64,000 bases of DNA from assembly GCA_013239625.1 (NCBI GenBank), contig MU053995.1, positions 248,001 to 312,000 on the forward strand, in the 5' to 3' direction. The position numbers and the translations under genes are program-made. Shown here piece by piece: positions 42,930 through 56,452 of the stretch (its first letter is position 1; each line of letters starts with the position of its first letter). The notes beneath the pieces are model-generated. The model saw nothing but the letters and a program-made list of their open reading frames with translations, had not been told where the DNA came from and did not search any database. This stretch comes from Lama guanicoe. Lineage: Eukaryota.

Positions 42930-45215
42930 AACATTCTTTTTATTGAGCTATATAGTCAGTTTATAAAGTTTCAATGTCAATTTCCAGTGTAGAGCACAAT
43001 TTTTAAGTTATATGTGAACATACATATATTCATTGTCACATTCTTTTTCACTGTGAGCTACCACAAGATCTTGTATGTATTTCCCTAGACTATACAGTAT
43101 AATCTTATTTATCTATTCTACATATGCCTGTCAGTATCTACAAATCTCAAACTCCCAAACTGTCCCTTCCCAACCCCTGCCCCCCTGGCAACCACAAGTT
43201 TGTATTCTATGTCTATGAGTCTGTTTCTGTTTTGTATTTATGTTTTTTGTTTGTTTTTTGGATTCCACACATGAGCGATCTCATATGGTATTTTTCTTTC
43301 TCTTTCTGGCTTACTTCACTTAGAATGACATCTCCAGGGACATCCATGAAGCTGCAAATGGCATTATGTTGTCGGTTTTTATGGCTGAGTAGTATTCCTT
43401 TGTATAAATATACCACTTCTTCTTTACCAGTCATCTGTTGATGGACATTTAGGTTGTTTCCATGTTTTGGCTATTGTAAATAGCGCTGCTATGAACATTG
43501 GGATGCAGGTGTCTTTTTGAAGTAGGGATCCTTCCGGATATATGCCCAGGAGCGGGACTCCTGGGTCATATGGTAAGTCTACTCCTAGTCTTTTGAGGAG
43601 TCTCCATCCTGTTTTCCACAGTGGCTGCACCAAATTGTATTCCCACCAGCAGTTCAGGAGGGTTCCCTTTTCGCCACAGCCTCTCCAGCATTTGTCATTT
43701 GTGGACTTTGAATGATGGCCATTCTGACTGGCATGAGGTGATACCTCAGGGTAGTTTTGATTTCCATTTCTCTGATAATTAATGATATTGAGCATTTTTC
43801 ATGTGTTTATTTATCATTCATATGTCTTCATTGGACAGTAGCTTGTTTAGTTCTTCTGCCCATTTTTGGATGGTTTTTTTTTTCTTTTTCTTATTAAGTC
43901 ATATGAGCTGCTTATATATTCTGGAGATGAAGCCCATGTCAATTTCATCTTTTGCAAATATTTTCTCCGATTCAGTAGGTTGTTGTTTTGTTTTGCTGAT
44001 GGTTTCCTTTGCTGTGCAAAAGCTTGTTAACTTTAATTAGTTCCCATTTGTTTATTCTTGCTTTTATTTCTATTTCTTAGGTAGACTGCCCTAGGTAAAC
44101 ATTGCTGTAATGGATGTGAGATAATTTTTTGCTTATGATTTCTTCTAGAAGGTTTATTATGTCCTATGTTTAAGTCTTTAAGCAATTTTGACTTTATTTT
44201 TGTGTGTTTTGTAGGGAGTATTCTAACTTCATTTATTTACATGCTGCTGTCCAGTTTTCCCAACACCATTTGCTGAAGAGACAGTCTATTCCATTGTATT
44301 TTCTTGCCTCCTTTGTCAAAGATTACTTGACCAAAAGTTTGTGGGTTCATTTCTGGACTCTCTGTTTTGTTCCATTGATCCATATGTCTGTTTTTATACC
44401 AATACCATGCTGTCTTGATGACTGTAGCTCTATAGTATCATCTGAAGTCTGGGAGAGTTATTCCTCCAGCCTGTTTCTTTCTCTTCAGTAATGCTTTGGC
44501 AATTCTGGGTCTTTTGTGATTCCATATAAATTTTAATATGACTTGTTCTAGTTCTGTGAAATATGTCCTGGGTAATTTGATAGGGATTGCATTAAATTTG
44601 TAGATTGCCTGGGCAGTGTGACCATTTTAATAATATTGATTTTTCCAATCCAGGAAAATGGGACATCTTTCCATTTTTTAAAATCTTTTTCAATTTCCTT
44701 AATGTTTTGTTGTTCTCCATGTATAAGTCTTTCACCTCTTTGGTTAGATTTATTCCTAGGTATTTTATTACTTTGGGTGTTATTTTAAAAGGGATTGTTT
44801 ATTTACTTTCTTTTTCTGTTGATTCATCATTAGTGTAAAGAAATGCAACTAATATTTTTACATTAATCTTGTAACCTGCTACCTTGCTGAATTCTTTGAT
44901 TATTTCTATTAGTCTTTGTGTGGATGTTTTAGGGATTTTTATATATAGTATCATGTCATCTGCATATAGGTGATGGTGGCTTCACAGAAAGAGTTTGGGA
45001 GTATTCACTCCCTTTCAACCTTCTGGAAGAATTTGAGAAGGACCAGTATGAATTCCTTGTATGTTTGATAATTTTCCTTTGTATTATCTTGGGTTCTTTT
45101 TAGTTTTTGAGACTCTATTGTTAAGTTTTTGTCTTGTGGTTGCCCTGTTTTGTGCATATATTAACCCATTACTTTTTCTGTTTGTTTTAAACAGACAGTA
45201 ATATAAACTCAAATC

Positions 45216-45290
<75 letters not shown>

Positions 45291-47515
45291 AGGAAAGAAA
45301 GAAAGAAAGAGAAAGGAAGGAAGGAAGGAAAGAAAAGAGAAAGAAAGGAAGGAAGGAGGAAGGAAGGAAGGAGGAAGGAAAAAAGGGAAGAAAAAAGGAA
45401 AGAAGGAAAGAGTCTGTATTTTCTGGCTTCCCTTTCCTGCCCTTAATAATTTAGATGTTCTCTTTTATAATTTCATATTTATTCTGTTATAATTCATTGT
45501 AGTTATTGCCTTTCCAATTATGGTTTTCTCCTTTCTGTAGCATCCTGCCCTATTTATATTTAGAGTAGACTATTCAATATTTCTTTTAGCATGAGTTTAG
45601 TGTTGCTAAAGTCTTATAGTTTTTGCTTGTCCATGCAGTTCTTTATTTCTCCTTCTCTTCTGAAGGATAGACTTGCTGGATAGAGTACCCTAGGCTAAAT
45701 CTTTTTTTTCATTCAGGATTTAGAATATATCTTGTCACTCCCTTCTGGCCTGTAGTGTTTGTGTAGAGAAATCAGCTGAGAGCCTTATGGGGATTCCCTT
45801 GTAACTCTTTGTTTTTCTCTTTCTGTTTTTAGAATAATTTTTATCCTTAACCCTGGCCATCCTGATTATAATGTGTCTTGGTGTGGATCTGTTTGTGTTC
45901 TTCTTCTTTCGGAACTTCTGTGCTTCCAGTACATGGATATCTGATTCCTTCTTTAGGTTTGGGAAGTTTTCAGTCATGATTTCTTCAAATACCTTTTCAA
46001 TCCCCTTTGCTTTTTCTTCTCCTGGGACCCCTATTATGCACAGTTTGGCACACTTTATATCATCGTATAGGTCTCTTATGTTATTTTCACTGGTTTTTAT
46101 TCATTTTCCTCTCAGCTGTTCTGATTGGGTGCTTTCTGTTGTCCTGTCTTCTAAGTCACTTATTCATCCCTCTGCGTTATCTTGCCTAGTTTTTACAGCC
46201 TTTGGTTTAGCTCTCATCTCAGCAAATGAGTTTTCCAATTTTAACTGATTCCTCTTTATAGTTTTAATTTCCTTTTTGACGTATTCTCTGTCTCCTTACA
46301 CATTCTCTTTCAGGTCCTTCAGTACTTTGATCACTACTTTTTAAAAATCATGATCTAGTAGGCCATTGATGTCTATTTCATTAATCATTCTTTCAGGGGA
46401 TTTCTCTTGTTCTTTTAATTAGGAGTGGTTCCTCTGCTTCTTCATTTTACTTGTATCTATCTGGCGCTATGGTTTATGGAGTATCAGTTATGTATCATGG
46501 TCCTTAAGGAATTTATTTATTTATTTACCTAAAGCAGATGCAGAAATAAAACTAAAAAAAATTTTAAAAGAAGAAAAATACTTGAAAATAGAGTGTAATC
46601 AATAACTGAAGAACAAATCAATGAGAAACAAAAATCCAATGGAGGGAAGTTTTTAAAAATATTAAAAGAAGAAGAAAATTGAAAACTAAATATAATCAAT
46701 AACAGCAGAAAAAAAGAAAAATGAAATTGAGACAAATTTTAAAAATAATAAAATATTTTAAAATAAGATTTTAAAGGGGTTTAAAAAATAGAAACGTAAA
46801 AAAAAATTTTAAGTAAAAATTTAAAAAGCAAAAGAAAAAAAGTGGATGTGTTCCTGAGGAGACTGTGAGCTTTTAATAATTTTGTCAAGACGTCCTTCTT
46901 ATACCTGGATGGTTGCCAAGTCTTCCTTCTGTGCCTTTTGCCTGTTATCCCTTTGGTTGGCGGTGTGGTCGGTGATCTGGTGGCCAGAGTTTGCCCTGGC
47001 TATTGAATAGGGCCTCCTTTTTGTTTTGTAGTTGTTGCAGCTCCTGTCCTCATCCTGATGCACGAACTCTGCTTGCTAGTTCCAGAAGCTCTCTGGTCAT
47101 GCCCCTGGTCTGTTTCAGACCTCAGTGCTCTGTGCAGGGACACTTTATGCCCATTTGTTTTAGTTCTGTTGTCAAGGCCTATTCTGTACACATCCAAGCC
47201 TTAAGAGTTTCCCCCTCAGCTCCACTGACCACTCTGTTGGAGAGGGGGAGACCCAGTGACTGAGCAAGCTATTCCTCCTTTGTGGGTCCCTCACTGCAGG
47301 ACTGGGCCTGCACTATTTTCCTTTTTCTTCCTTCCCCTCCCCCTTTTCTACCAAATTAGTGGCGTATTTTGTCTTCTGAAGAAGGTGATGTTTTGTCAAA
47401 GTTCAGCATGTGTTCTGAATGGATGGGTAGGTCTGTGGATATCAGTCTTGGTGTATTTGTGAGAGAGAATGACCTGCAAGCATCTTTCTACTGCACCATC
47501 TTGGCCCTTCTCCAA
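42930..47515 (-). mobile_element. Younger LINE-1 with both ends but large internal ORF2 deletions
   Basis: 5' start ggagaagggccaagatggtgcagtag; ORF1 ENFPNL...PRHIIIRM...IRLSADFS; ORF2 C-terminus [18 protein letters not shown]...CIPMFIAALFTIAKTWKQPKCPS; junctions near 44970 and 45065. Confidence 0.93.
45215..45410. repeat. (GAAA)n/(GGAA)n polypurine microsatellite inside L1
   Basis: About 18 perfect GAAA units, then GGAA-rich degenerate units. Confidence 0.97.
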
Positions 47516-47869
47516 AAAACTCCTTGTATTTTAACTGGTGTTTCTCCTTTCTGTCCTCATTAAGAAAATATTTTCTGTATTGCATAAGGCAACGTGTCCT
47601 CTCTGGAAGTGTCTACTATTATCTGCCCAAAATTTGCTTGATATGATTCTAAAACATCATGTTTCTTCACTGCATAATGGGTTTTCACAGATGCATGGAA
47701 ATCATATTGTAAACCTCTAATCACAAACCACATCTATGTTTCAGTTCTTAATCAAAGACTTCATCTAACAACTTTCCATTTCAATAGTAATAAAAGTTCT
47801 CACCGTTTTTTCACCTTGCGCTGTCTGCCTGCTTACCAACCCTAGCACTTCTCCATGTGGTCCAGCATG

Positions 47870-48700
47870 TTGTGATGTGTCCCTTGTAGGACAAAAAACA
47901 CTTCTGTGTTTCTCCTCCACTCTCAATATCCACACTGAACATTCTGATTATATGTATTTGAGTTTTCCTCACACACCAAACAATTCTCCAAGATCAACTA
48001 TCTGGAGACAGTGTCAGAATTCATAGCTAACTTCATAGCTCACAGGTTAAGTGTTCTGTCCTTTAAGATTCTCCCAACCCTACCAGTCTTTCAGATGCCA
48101 ATCCCAAGTCCAGGGTGTCACTACTGTTCTTCAGAGCAATTGGTTGACCTGAAGACTAGAGGTTCTCATGACCCACTCTTGAGTTCAATTAATTTACTAG
48201 AGTGGCTCACAGATCTTAGAAAGATTTTGTCTACAACATTACTAGTTTATTATGAAAGGAAAACAGAATAGCTAGATGTAAGAGATACCTAGGGCAAGGT
48301 ATGTGGGGAGGACACAGAGCTACCCTGCTCTCTGCGCATACTGTTTTCCCCAAATTGCCAAGTGTTCAACAGTCTGGAAGCTTTCCTGGGTCCCATCTTT
48401 TTGGGTTTTTATGTAGGATTCATTACATATGTATGACTGATGATTAATTAAACCACTGGACATTGGTGACTGAATTCAATGTCTAACCTGTCTACTCCTG
48501 GCAGGGAGCTCCTCAATCTTAGATTCTTTCTAAAAGTCACCTCATTAACATAACCTCCAGTGTGGTTGAAATGAGTTTGTTATGAACATCAAGACAGTTT
48601 TATCTCTCTTATCACTTACTAAATTTCAGGATTTGGGGAGCTCTGTGCCAGAAACAGGACAAAACCAAAACATATATTATTATAAACCACCAATATCATA
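47870..48700. mobile_element. ERV LTR relic (MER21-like)
   Basis: cccactcttgagttcaattaatttactagagtggctcacaga...aagtcacctcattaacataa...ggagctctgtgccagaaac. Confidence 0.65.
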
Positions 48701-49589
48701 CCCTTTCTCTTGGGGAGTGCTAGTAATGCTCTTCTTTCAAGGTCCCTGACTTCATGTGTCATAATTTAGTCATACCTAAAAAGTTAAATCCTGGATACAT
48801 TTGAAAGACTTCTACCCTTCAATTCCAGTTAATTGTTAACAGTTTCCTGTGTGGCCTTTCTGACAACTTTCTACCTGTGTAAACATACACAGACTATTAC
48901 TATAAATAGTCTTTACAACTTGATATTTTTCATCAGCAATATATCAGAGAAATCTTTCTACACCAAGTGTATGTAACTCTCTTTAACCTTCTTAGTGCCT
49001 GCATAGTATCAAATGCTTTCCAGTGGAATGGAAAAGCATAGGGATATGTCAGGAATTACACATGAATTTGTTAAGCTGAAAGCACCCAGATGAAATAAGA
49101 GCAACTGTTTTAACCCATCTGGGTTAGTTTCTCATCTGCAAAAGGGAGACAAAGACAGTCCGAACTACCTTACAAAAGTTTAATGAGGATTACAGACAGA
49201 AAAAGAATGGGTAACAGTGTACTTTGACAACTAGGAAAAAATGTGAGCGGGTTGTTATTCCCGGGAGGAAGGGGTAAGGGGAGTAAACCACCGTCCACAG
49301 TCTATCCAACAGCAACAATTTGCTCCTCTTGCCTTCCTTAGCCAAAGGAACTGTTCACCTTTGCCCAATAATTGAGAACATTCACTGAGTTCTTACTTTG
49401 CCAGGTATTCTCCTAAAATATATTTGACCTCCTCAACAACTCTACTCATTGTCCTCTGCATTTCATTGAAGATGCAGCTGATGTTGACACAACTGGGAAA
49501 TAGCAGCCTTACTTCTGACACACACCAACTGCATATAGTTTGATCACTTAAACTTTATTATTATATTTATTTCACTTACTATGTATTAA

Positions 49590-52310
49590 ATATATTTTTA
49601 GTGGTCCAGGTATGTGATGTCTATAGATTAAGTATACATCCAAAAATATGAAATGAAACTATGGAAAATGATAGTTCATGCAAGTCGTGACCAAAAAGCT
49701 GCTAGGGTAGCTATACTAGAATTTGGCAAAAATCTGTTTAAAAATAAAATCGAACTGAGAAATCTAAAGATCTTATTGGCTTTAGTTAATGATACATAAA
49801 CCAGACAACATCCAATGTAGCAGACAGAAATGAGTTCTAAAGAGTTGTACAAAATGAAAGGTTTTCATAGGCAAAAAGGAGAAGGAACAAAGAAGCTATA
49901 GTAGGCAAATCCCACTCCTGGGCACATATCCAGAAGGAACCCTACTTCAAAAAGACACCTGCACCCCAATGTTCATAGCAGCACTATTTACAATAGCCGA
50001 GACATGGAAACAGCCTAAATGGCCATCAATAGGTAACTGGATAAAGATGATGTGATACATTTATACAATGGAATACTACTCAGCCATAAAAACCGACAAC
50101 ATAATGCCATTTGCAGCAACATGGATGCTCCTAGAGAATGTCATTCTAAGTGAAGTAAGCCAGAAAGAGAAAGAAAAATACCATATAAGATCACTCATAT
50201 GTGTAATCTAAAAAACAAACAAAAAACATAAATACAAAACAAAAACAGACTCAGAGACATTGAACAGAAACTTGTGATTGCCAAGGGGGCAGAGGTGGGA
50301 AATGACAGAGTGGGATTTCAAAATTTGTAGATACTGACAGGTATATGCAGAATAGATAAACAAGATTATACTCTACAGTACAGGGAAATACATACAAAAT
50401 CTTATGGTAGCTCACACTGAAAAAAAAAAGTAACAATGAATGTATTTATGTTCATGTATAACTGAAAAATTGTGCTCTACACTGGAAATTGACACAACAT
50501 TGTAAAATGACTGTAACTCAATTTAAAAAAAAAAAGTTATAGTAGGCCAAAAAAAAAAAAAGAGTTGGTTATTATAAGCTACTTTACTTTAGCAGCTGGT
50601 GGGGTGTATCTAGCAGATTCTGCTGATGAGGTGATTCCTAATATACTGGTTTAACTTTCCACATCTGGGAGACTCAAAGCTGTAATTAAGTTAAACCTTC
50701 ATTAGGTAATGTGCGACTTAGCATACACCAATCCATTTTGGACATATTATCTTGTTTTTTTTATAAATGAAAACCTGTTAGAAGAGACAAACGGCATTAC
50801 GTATTGACATAAAAATTAACCAATAATCAGTTATGAAGACATGACAATCAGATGCACACCAAAAAGAAACAACCCTAGAACCCCAATTTACATGAAAGAA
50901 ATACTGTGGTATTAGAGAAACAGTTCTATAATAATAAATACTTAATTCTCATATTAAATAATAGATAAATTTTTAAAAAGATGAAAAAAGAAAGACAGGA
51001 CTTATATAGTCTGTAAGCAGAACATTAATTCCAAGAGCAAACTAACACAATCCACCTGAAGTGCACATGGAAAATTCTCTAGGATAGACTATTTCTTAAG
51101 CCAAAAAACATTCTTTAAAACTGAAATCATATAAAGTATCTTCTTCAACTGCAATGGAAAGACGCCAGAAATCATTAACAGAAAAAAAAAACCTGGAAAA
51201 TTTACAAAAATATAGAAAATAAATGTCATAATATTAAGTGAGCAAAAGAAAAAAATACTGAAATTAGGAAAAAAGCTTTGAGTCAAATGAAAATAAACAC
51301 AGTATACCAAAATATAGATGTAAAGAAAACAGCTGTAAAAGGGAAATTTATAGCTATAAACACCTGTATTAAAAAGTAACAAAGTTTCTTAAATAAACTA
51401 TGTAAACTTTAAAGAAAAAGTACAGCAAACTATATGTTAAGAAGGAAAAAAATGAAGGATAGTGCAGACATAAATAAAATAGAAAACAAAAAGTCAATAG
51501 AGTTAGCAAATCCAAGTTGATGGTTTAAAAAAAATTGATGAAACATTAGGTAGATTAAGAAAATTAGAAAAAAGTGTTAAATTACCTAAATCAGTAAAGA
51601 AAGTAGGAACATTATTATTGAACCTTACATATGAGGGGGAAAAAGATTTAATATTACGAAAAATTCAACACCAGCAATTTAGTCAACTGAGATAAACAAA
51701 TTCCTGGAAATGTATAAATTACCAGAACTAAATCAAGAATAAATAAAATAAATACAACAAACTAGTGAATGTAGTTACCAGTGTGGAGATGGAAACTGGA
51801 AGGGGCATTGTAAGGGTAGAAGATTTAGAGGCACAAAGTACTATGTATAAAATAAATAAGCTACAAGGATATACTGCACAGGGAATACAGCCAATGTTTT
51901 GTTAAGTATAAATGGACTACAACCTTAAAAAATGATGAATCATAATATTGCATGCCTATAACATACAATATTGTACATCAATAAGACTGTAATTTAAAAT
52001 GTTTTAAAAATTGAAACTACCACGTGATCTTGCAAAAATAACCAATAAATAAATATCTCAATATTAGTAACAAGCAAAGATTAAACTCAGTTACTAACAA
52101 ACCTCCCAACAAAGAATAGCTCAAAATGATATAGCTTCACTAGTGAATTTTACAAAGCATTAAGGAAGAATGACACAAATAATTCTCAAAGAATACTCAA
52201 AATGCAGAATACTGCTGAACTCATTCTATGAAGGGGCATTATCTGATGCCAAAGCCAGAGAAAGACACTAGAAGAAAAACTACAGACCAGTAATCCTGAT
52301 GGAAATTGTC
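49590..52310 (+). mobile_element. Old L1 ORF2 fragment interrupted by an LTR-like insert (~49735-50765) and L1 3' ends
   Basis: caaaaagctgctagggtagctatacta, aagtgcacatggaaaattctctaggatagac, ctcattctatgaagg motifs. Confidence 0.7.
49907..50535 (+). mobile_element. 5'-truncated young L1 with poly(A) and TSD
   Basis: TSD aag(c/t)tatagtaggc on both sides; close match to the reverse complement of 42935-43565. Confidence 0.9.
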
Positions 52311-52994
52311 AACAAAGTATCAGCAAAACATTGTCACTATTGAAGTGTACACTTAGTGATAAATTTTAATGTACTTTTTACAATAAAAAGATTACTGGGC
52401 CCTATGCAATTTTTGATGTCGTAGGTATACAGTGGACCCCAAAACCTGTAATTCTACCAAGTTCCCAAGTAATGTTGATGCTGTTAAGGCCTTCACCCAC
52501 CCTTCAAGACTGCTGCTCTGAAATAGCACATCTTTAAGATATTGATTGGTCATAAGATCCTTATACAAAACTTACAATTTCTGGGGAATAAAGGAAATCT
52601 GTATAACTGAGACTCCACAGATTTACAGGGCTGTAAATTATCTGACCAGTAGGGATCACAAATCCAGTTTTTATCTATAAGGTATCCTGTAAGTTATTCA
52701 GTTACTGTCTTCTCTAACTTATTTGTCAAAGTGAAATCCACCGTCTTTTATTAATTCATATCTTCCTTATTTACTGTTTAAAGTATTGGGCAAACATATG
52801 TTCCTATATAGTTGAAGTCTTGCAGACACTATCTTTAAATTCAGAGGTTTTTTGGAACTAAATAGAGGTGATGGTTACACAACACTGTCAATGTATTAAA
52901 GACCACTAACTGTACACTAAAATTTTACAGAGTGACTTTTATATCATGACAATTTTATCTCAATAAAATTTAAAAGTCTCAATTGTCTAAAACT

Positions 52995-53340
52995 CTACTG
53001 ACTGAATGTTTATTGTCCCCTAAAATTCTTATATTTTCAATGGGACCATCTAATCCCAAAGGATGCCATCCCTTTGGTAGGCAATTTGGTTATGAGGGTG
53101 GACCTCTCACGACTCGGATTAGTACTCTCCCTGAGACCTCCCTCATTCCTTCTACCATGTGAAGACACAACTGGAAGATGGTAGGCTAAGAACTTGGAAA
53201 GAGGCTCTTACCACCCACTAAATCTGTTAGTGCATTGATCTTGGACTTTCTGACCTCTGGAATCATGAGAAATAAATGTCTGTTGTTCATAACTTACCCA
53301 GTCTATGGTATTGTTACAGCATTTTGAATGGATTAAGATT
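52995..53340 (+). mobile_element. MaLR MLT1A-like LTR
   Basis: actgaatgtttattgtcccc...ttgatcttggactttc...gagaaataaatgtctgttgtt...ggattaaga. Confidence 0.75.
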
Positions 53341-53879
53341 ACTCTTGATAATTCTTCTCTAGCTTCTAATGTTTACTGACAGTAACCCATTCTATAGGAT
53401 GTTAGTGTCTAAAAGAGACCTCCAAACTGCCACAGAAAGGTAGGGTCTTTTGCTATGAAAATAGTAATCATCATCACTGATTGCTGTGGATCTATACTAG
53501 TCTAAATAACCAGTTTATACATGGGAAATTTACCTCAGAAGAAGTGGAGGTACTGAAACAACAAATCTTTCATAAAGATAATAGAAAAAAATGAATTTCA
53601 AGGACATGCTGATCAAAAGGATTATTACTCACTAATTACTCTTACTACTATTAAAATTTACTTACAAAACTCTTGGGATAAACATTTCCATTCAAGCCAA
53701 AAAATGAAAATCAATTAAGCATTCTGCATTCATTCCACTGCTACACAGAAAGAATTTAAGAAATAGGGAAACAAAAATAGTCCATGTTTTATGTTTACTG
53801 AATTTAACATAATCTCACTTTTTTTCTTAAGAAAAAAGCATTAACTTAGTACTAGTATGAAACAGACTAAACAATGATT

Positions 53880-56452
53880 AAGAGGAAAATAGTCTGATTT
53901 TTATTTTTGCATGTTATTCTCAAGTACACATTTACAATAGTGTCACACTTTTCTATATGAATTTCTTATTAAGTATTTTACTTTAAGTATTTTACAATGT
54001 GTATAGAGGAAGGAACACACAATATTTAACAGGCTATTTCAACAAAACAATAACTTATATTCTTCTAAAAACTGGTACCTCTCTAAAATGAACTGAAATA
54101 TCCATCTTCTTTTTTTAGCCTTGCTAATCAAATTGTTTTAAGAATTAAAACAGCTTCAACTAATATCAGTACATAACAGTAAGCACAATCTGATTTTTTC
54201 TTTATAAAGACAAACGTTTTACCATATTAATGACCAAATCCTTAAATAAGTTTTAAAGGTTTCAATATTGTGCTTTAAAAAAAAAAAACTGTGTACAACT
54301 CCAGAATATGTGAGAAACATGAAGTATGTAAAGTATTGTGTTCTTTATCTTTCAGTTTATTTTTAAAATATAATAGCTATTTATCTGTATTAATTTTAGA
54401 GAGCTTTCAAAAATTCTTAAGTGTAAACTTTCACTAAACACTTCCTTTTATATTACTTTAGGGAAAAAACAAATTACAGGGAGATTTTTAAAGAGTTTCA
54501 CATGTGAAAATGAGTTTTTAAGAACAGGACAACCGATGGACACTAAACTAGGGAACATATTTATGAGGGCCAAGAAGGCAAAGCTTCCAAAATCTGTTCT
54601 GTGACTTTGGCTGGCATTAGGTTTAAATTCCTATGTACCCAAAGCATTTGATTTAGAAATAAATTAATCTAGCCTTTAGAGGCTGTCAAAACCCCAAATA
54701 CTTAGATTCCTAACCTTAATAATACAACTTCTGATTATGAATATTAATGGCACAGAGAAAGGCAAAAGGTAAAACCTTTACAGCAGGAGTAGAAGAAAGC
54801 ACCATAATGAAGTTACGGTATCTATCACATGAGAAGAAATATTTCTAATCTCCCACAATGTGCCAGGAGGTATGTGCCAAGAGCTAATTTATGCAGCCTA
54901 AAAAGTGTTTACTGTTCTTAAACATCTGTATTAACAAAACCAAATTCTAATTAACTTTGAATTCATTTTACATCTGTTTATGACTCACTGCTTAAAATAT
55001 ATCAACTGTCAAGAAAAAAACAAAACTGTGAAACACCTGGTGAGTTTTCAAGTAAAGCTCCATTATTTTTAATGTACTTTAAACACAACTTTTACCTTTT
55101 AATCAAAATCAACTTGAGTTTGTTCAATCCTTTTCATGTTTGCTCTCTTAAGAAATAAAAAAGCAGGCTGAACTTGCCAAGTTTAATTAGCACCCATTCT
55201 CTGGTATATAGAGCCACTATTTCTCTTAGTCCCCCTTATTTTGTAAAAAGAGTTTCTTTTTAGACTTTTCATTGAAAACTGAGACATTTACGTCTGGATA
55301 TTCATTAGCTTTTCAGGAAATGTTAAGGTTTATCAAGAGGAGCTGTATGAAAGCATTCTATCTGGAAATATCTTAATTTCTCTTTTCCAGTTAGCAAAGA
55401 TATTTAAAAGAAAATATCTTTACTTTATAAAAATACTAGTATCTTTTTCCTCCACCAAATTCTTCATCTAAATTTTAATCTCTCTAAATAGTAACTTAGC
55501 AAAAATGCTCCTTCTTACATCCCTGGACCTTTTAATTTATTATACACTTAATACTTTTCATCATAGACCTAAAATTTGGGATTGTGTTGTTTAAGTATAT
55601 AAAATAAGCAACACACAGACACATGTGAAATGTAGGGTACACTTAGACATCCAGTTGCATGAAAACATATGAGCTACATTTATCACTAAAAAAATTCTAA
55701 TATGTCTCATTTGCCAAACACAACTATTCTAAAACAAAGAACAGAAGAATAAAAAAGCAGGAATATTTAAAACCTTTCAATCAGAATTTGTAGAAGTGTG
55801 CTGTGCTGGGAAAAACTGTAAATACTACAAAGAATGTCAGAAGAAGTGTATTTTGACTACTGGACAAATTGAAAAATTAAAACAAACCTAGTCAACGTCA
55901 ACGTTGTATATTCAGTAAATGTAGAGATTCAAATGGAAGTTTCAAGGTCATGTGATTCAAAAATGTCAAGCAAGACAAGGAAAAGAATTTCATGTTCAAA
56001 GTAGATCTGACAGTAAAATCTCCCATTTATATTAGCAGATGTTTCTATTTAAGGCAAAATTTGTGGGGGAAAAATTAGTCAAAATGACTACTTTTAGAGT
56101 TACCAATCTTACGTTAAAAAAAAATGTTTTAGTGGTCTTAGAAGAGTACCATCAAGGTGAATAAAGCAAATACTTAAAGAGTAAAACTTCTAAGACTGAC
56201 AAATTCCATACAGAATTAGGGATTTTTTTTTTTAAAGCAACTTGTTTGTTGCTACTTTTCCTCATTAAACAAACTGAATAGAATTCAGAACACCCTACTG
56301 AGTACAATGTAAAGTTAACTAGAAGGACTAATCCTATTTGTATACAGCATAAACCAATGTACAGTATTGTGTATGTGAACAAGACTGATTGGCTTTAAAA
56401 TGAACTTCCTCCTTTAAGGCCAATATCTTCACAAACATCTGTGTAAGTATCG
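53880..56452 (-). other. ZFY: Probable ZFY 3' UTR with candidate AATAAA at 53900-53905
   Basis: Repeat-free AU-rich stretch directly after the stop codon; tttatt on the plus strand at 53900-53905. Confidence 0.6.
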
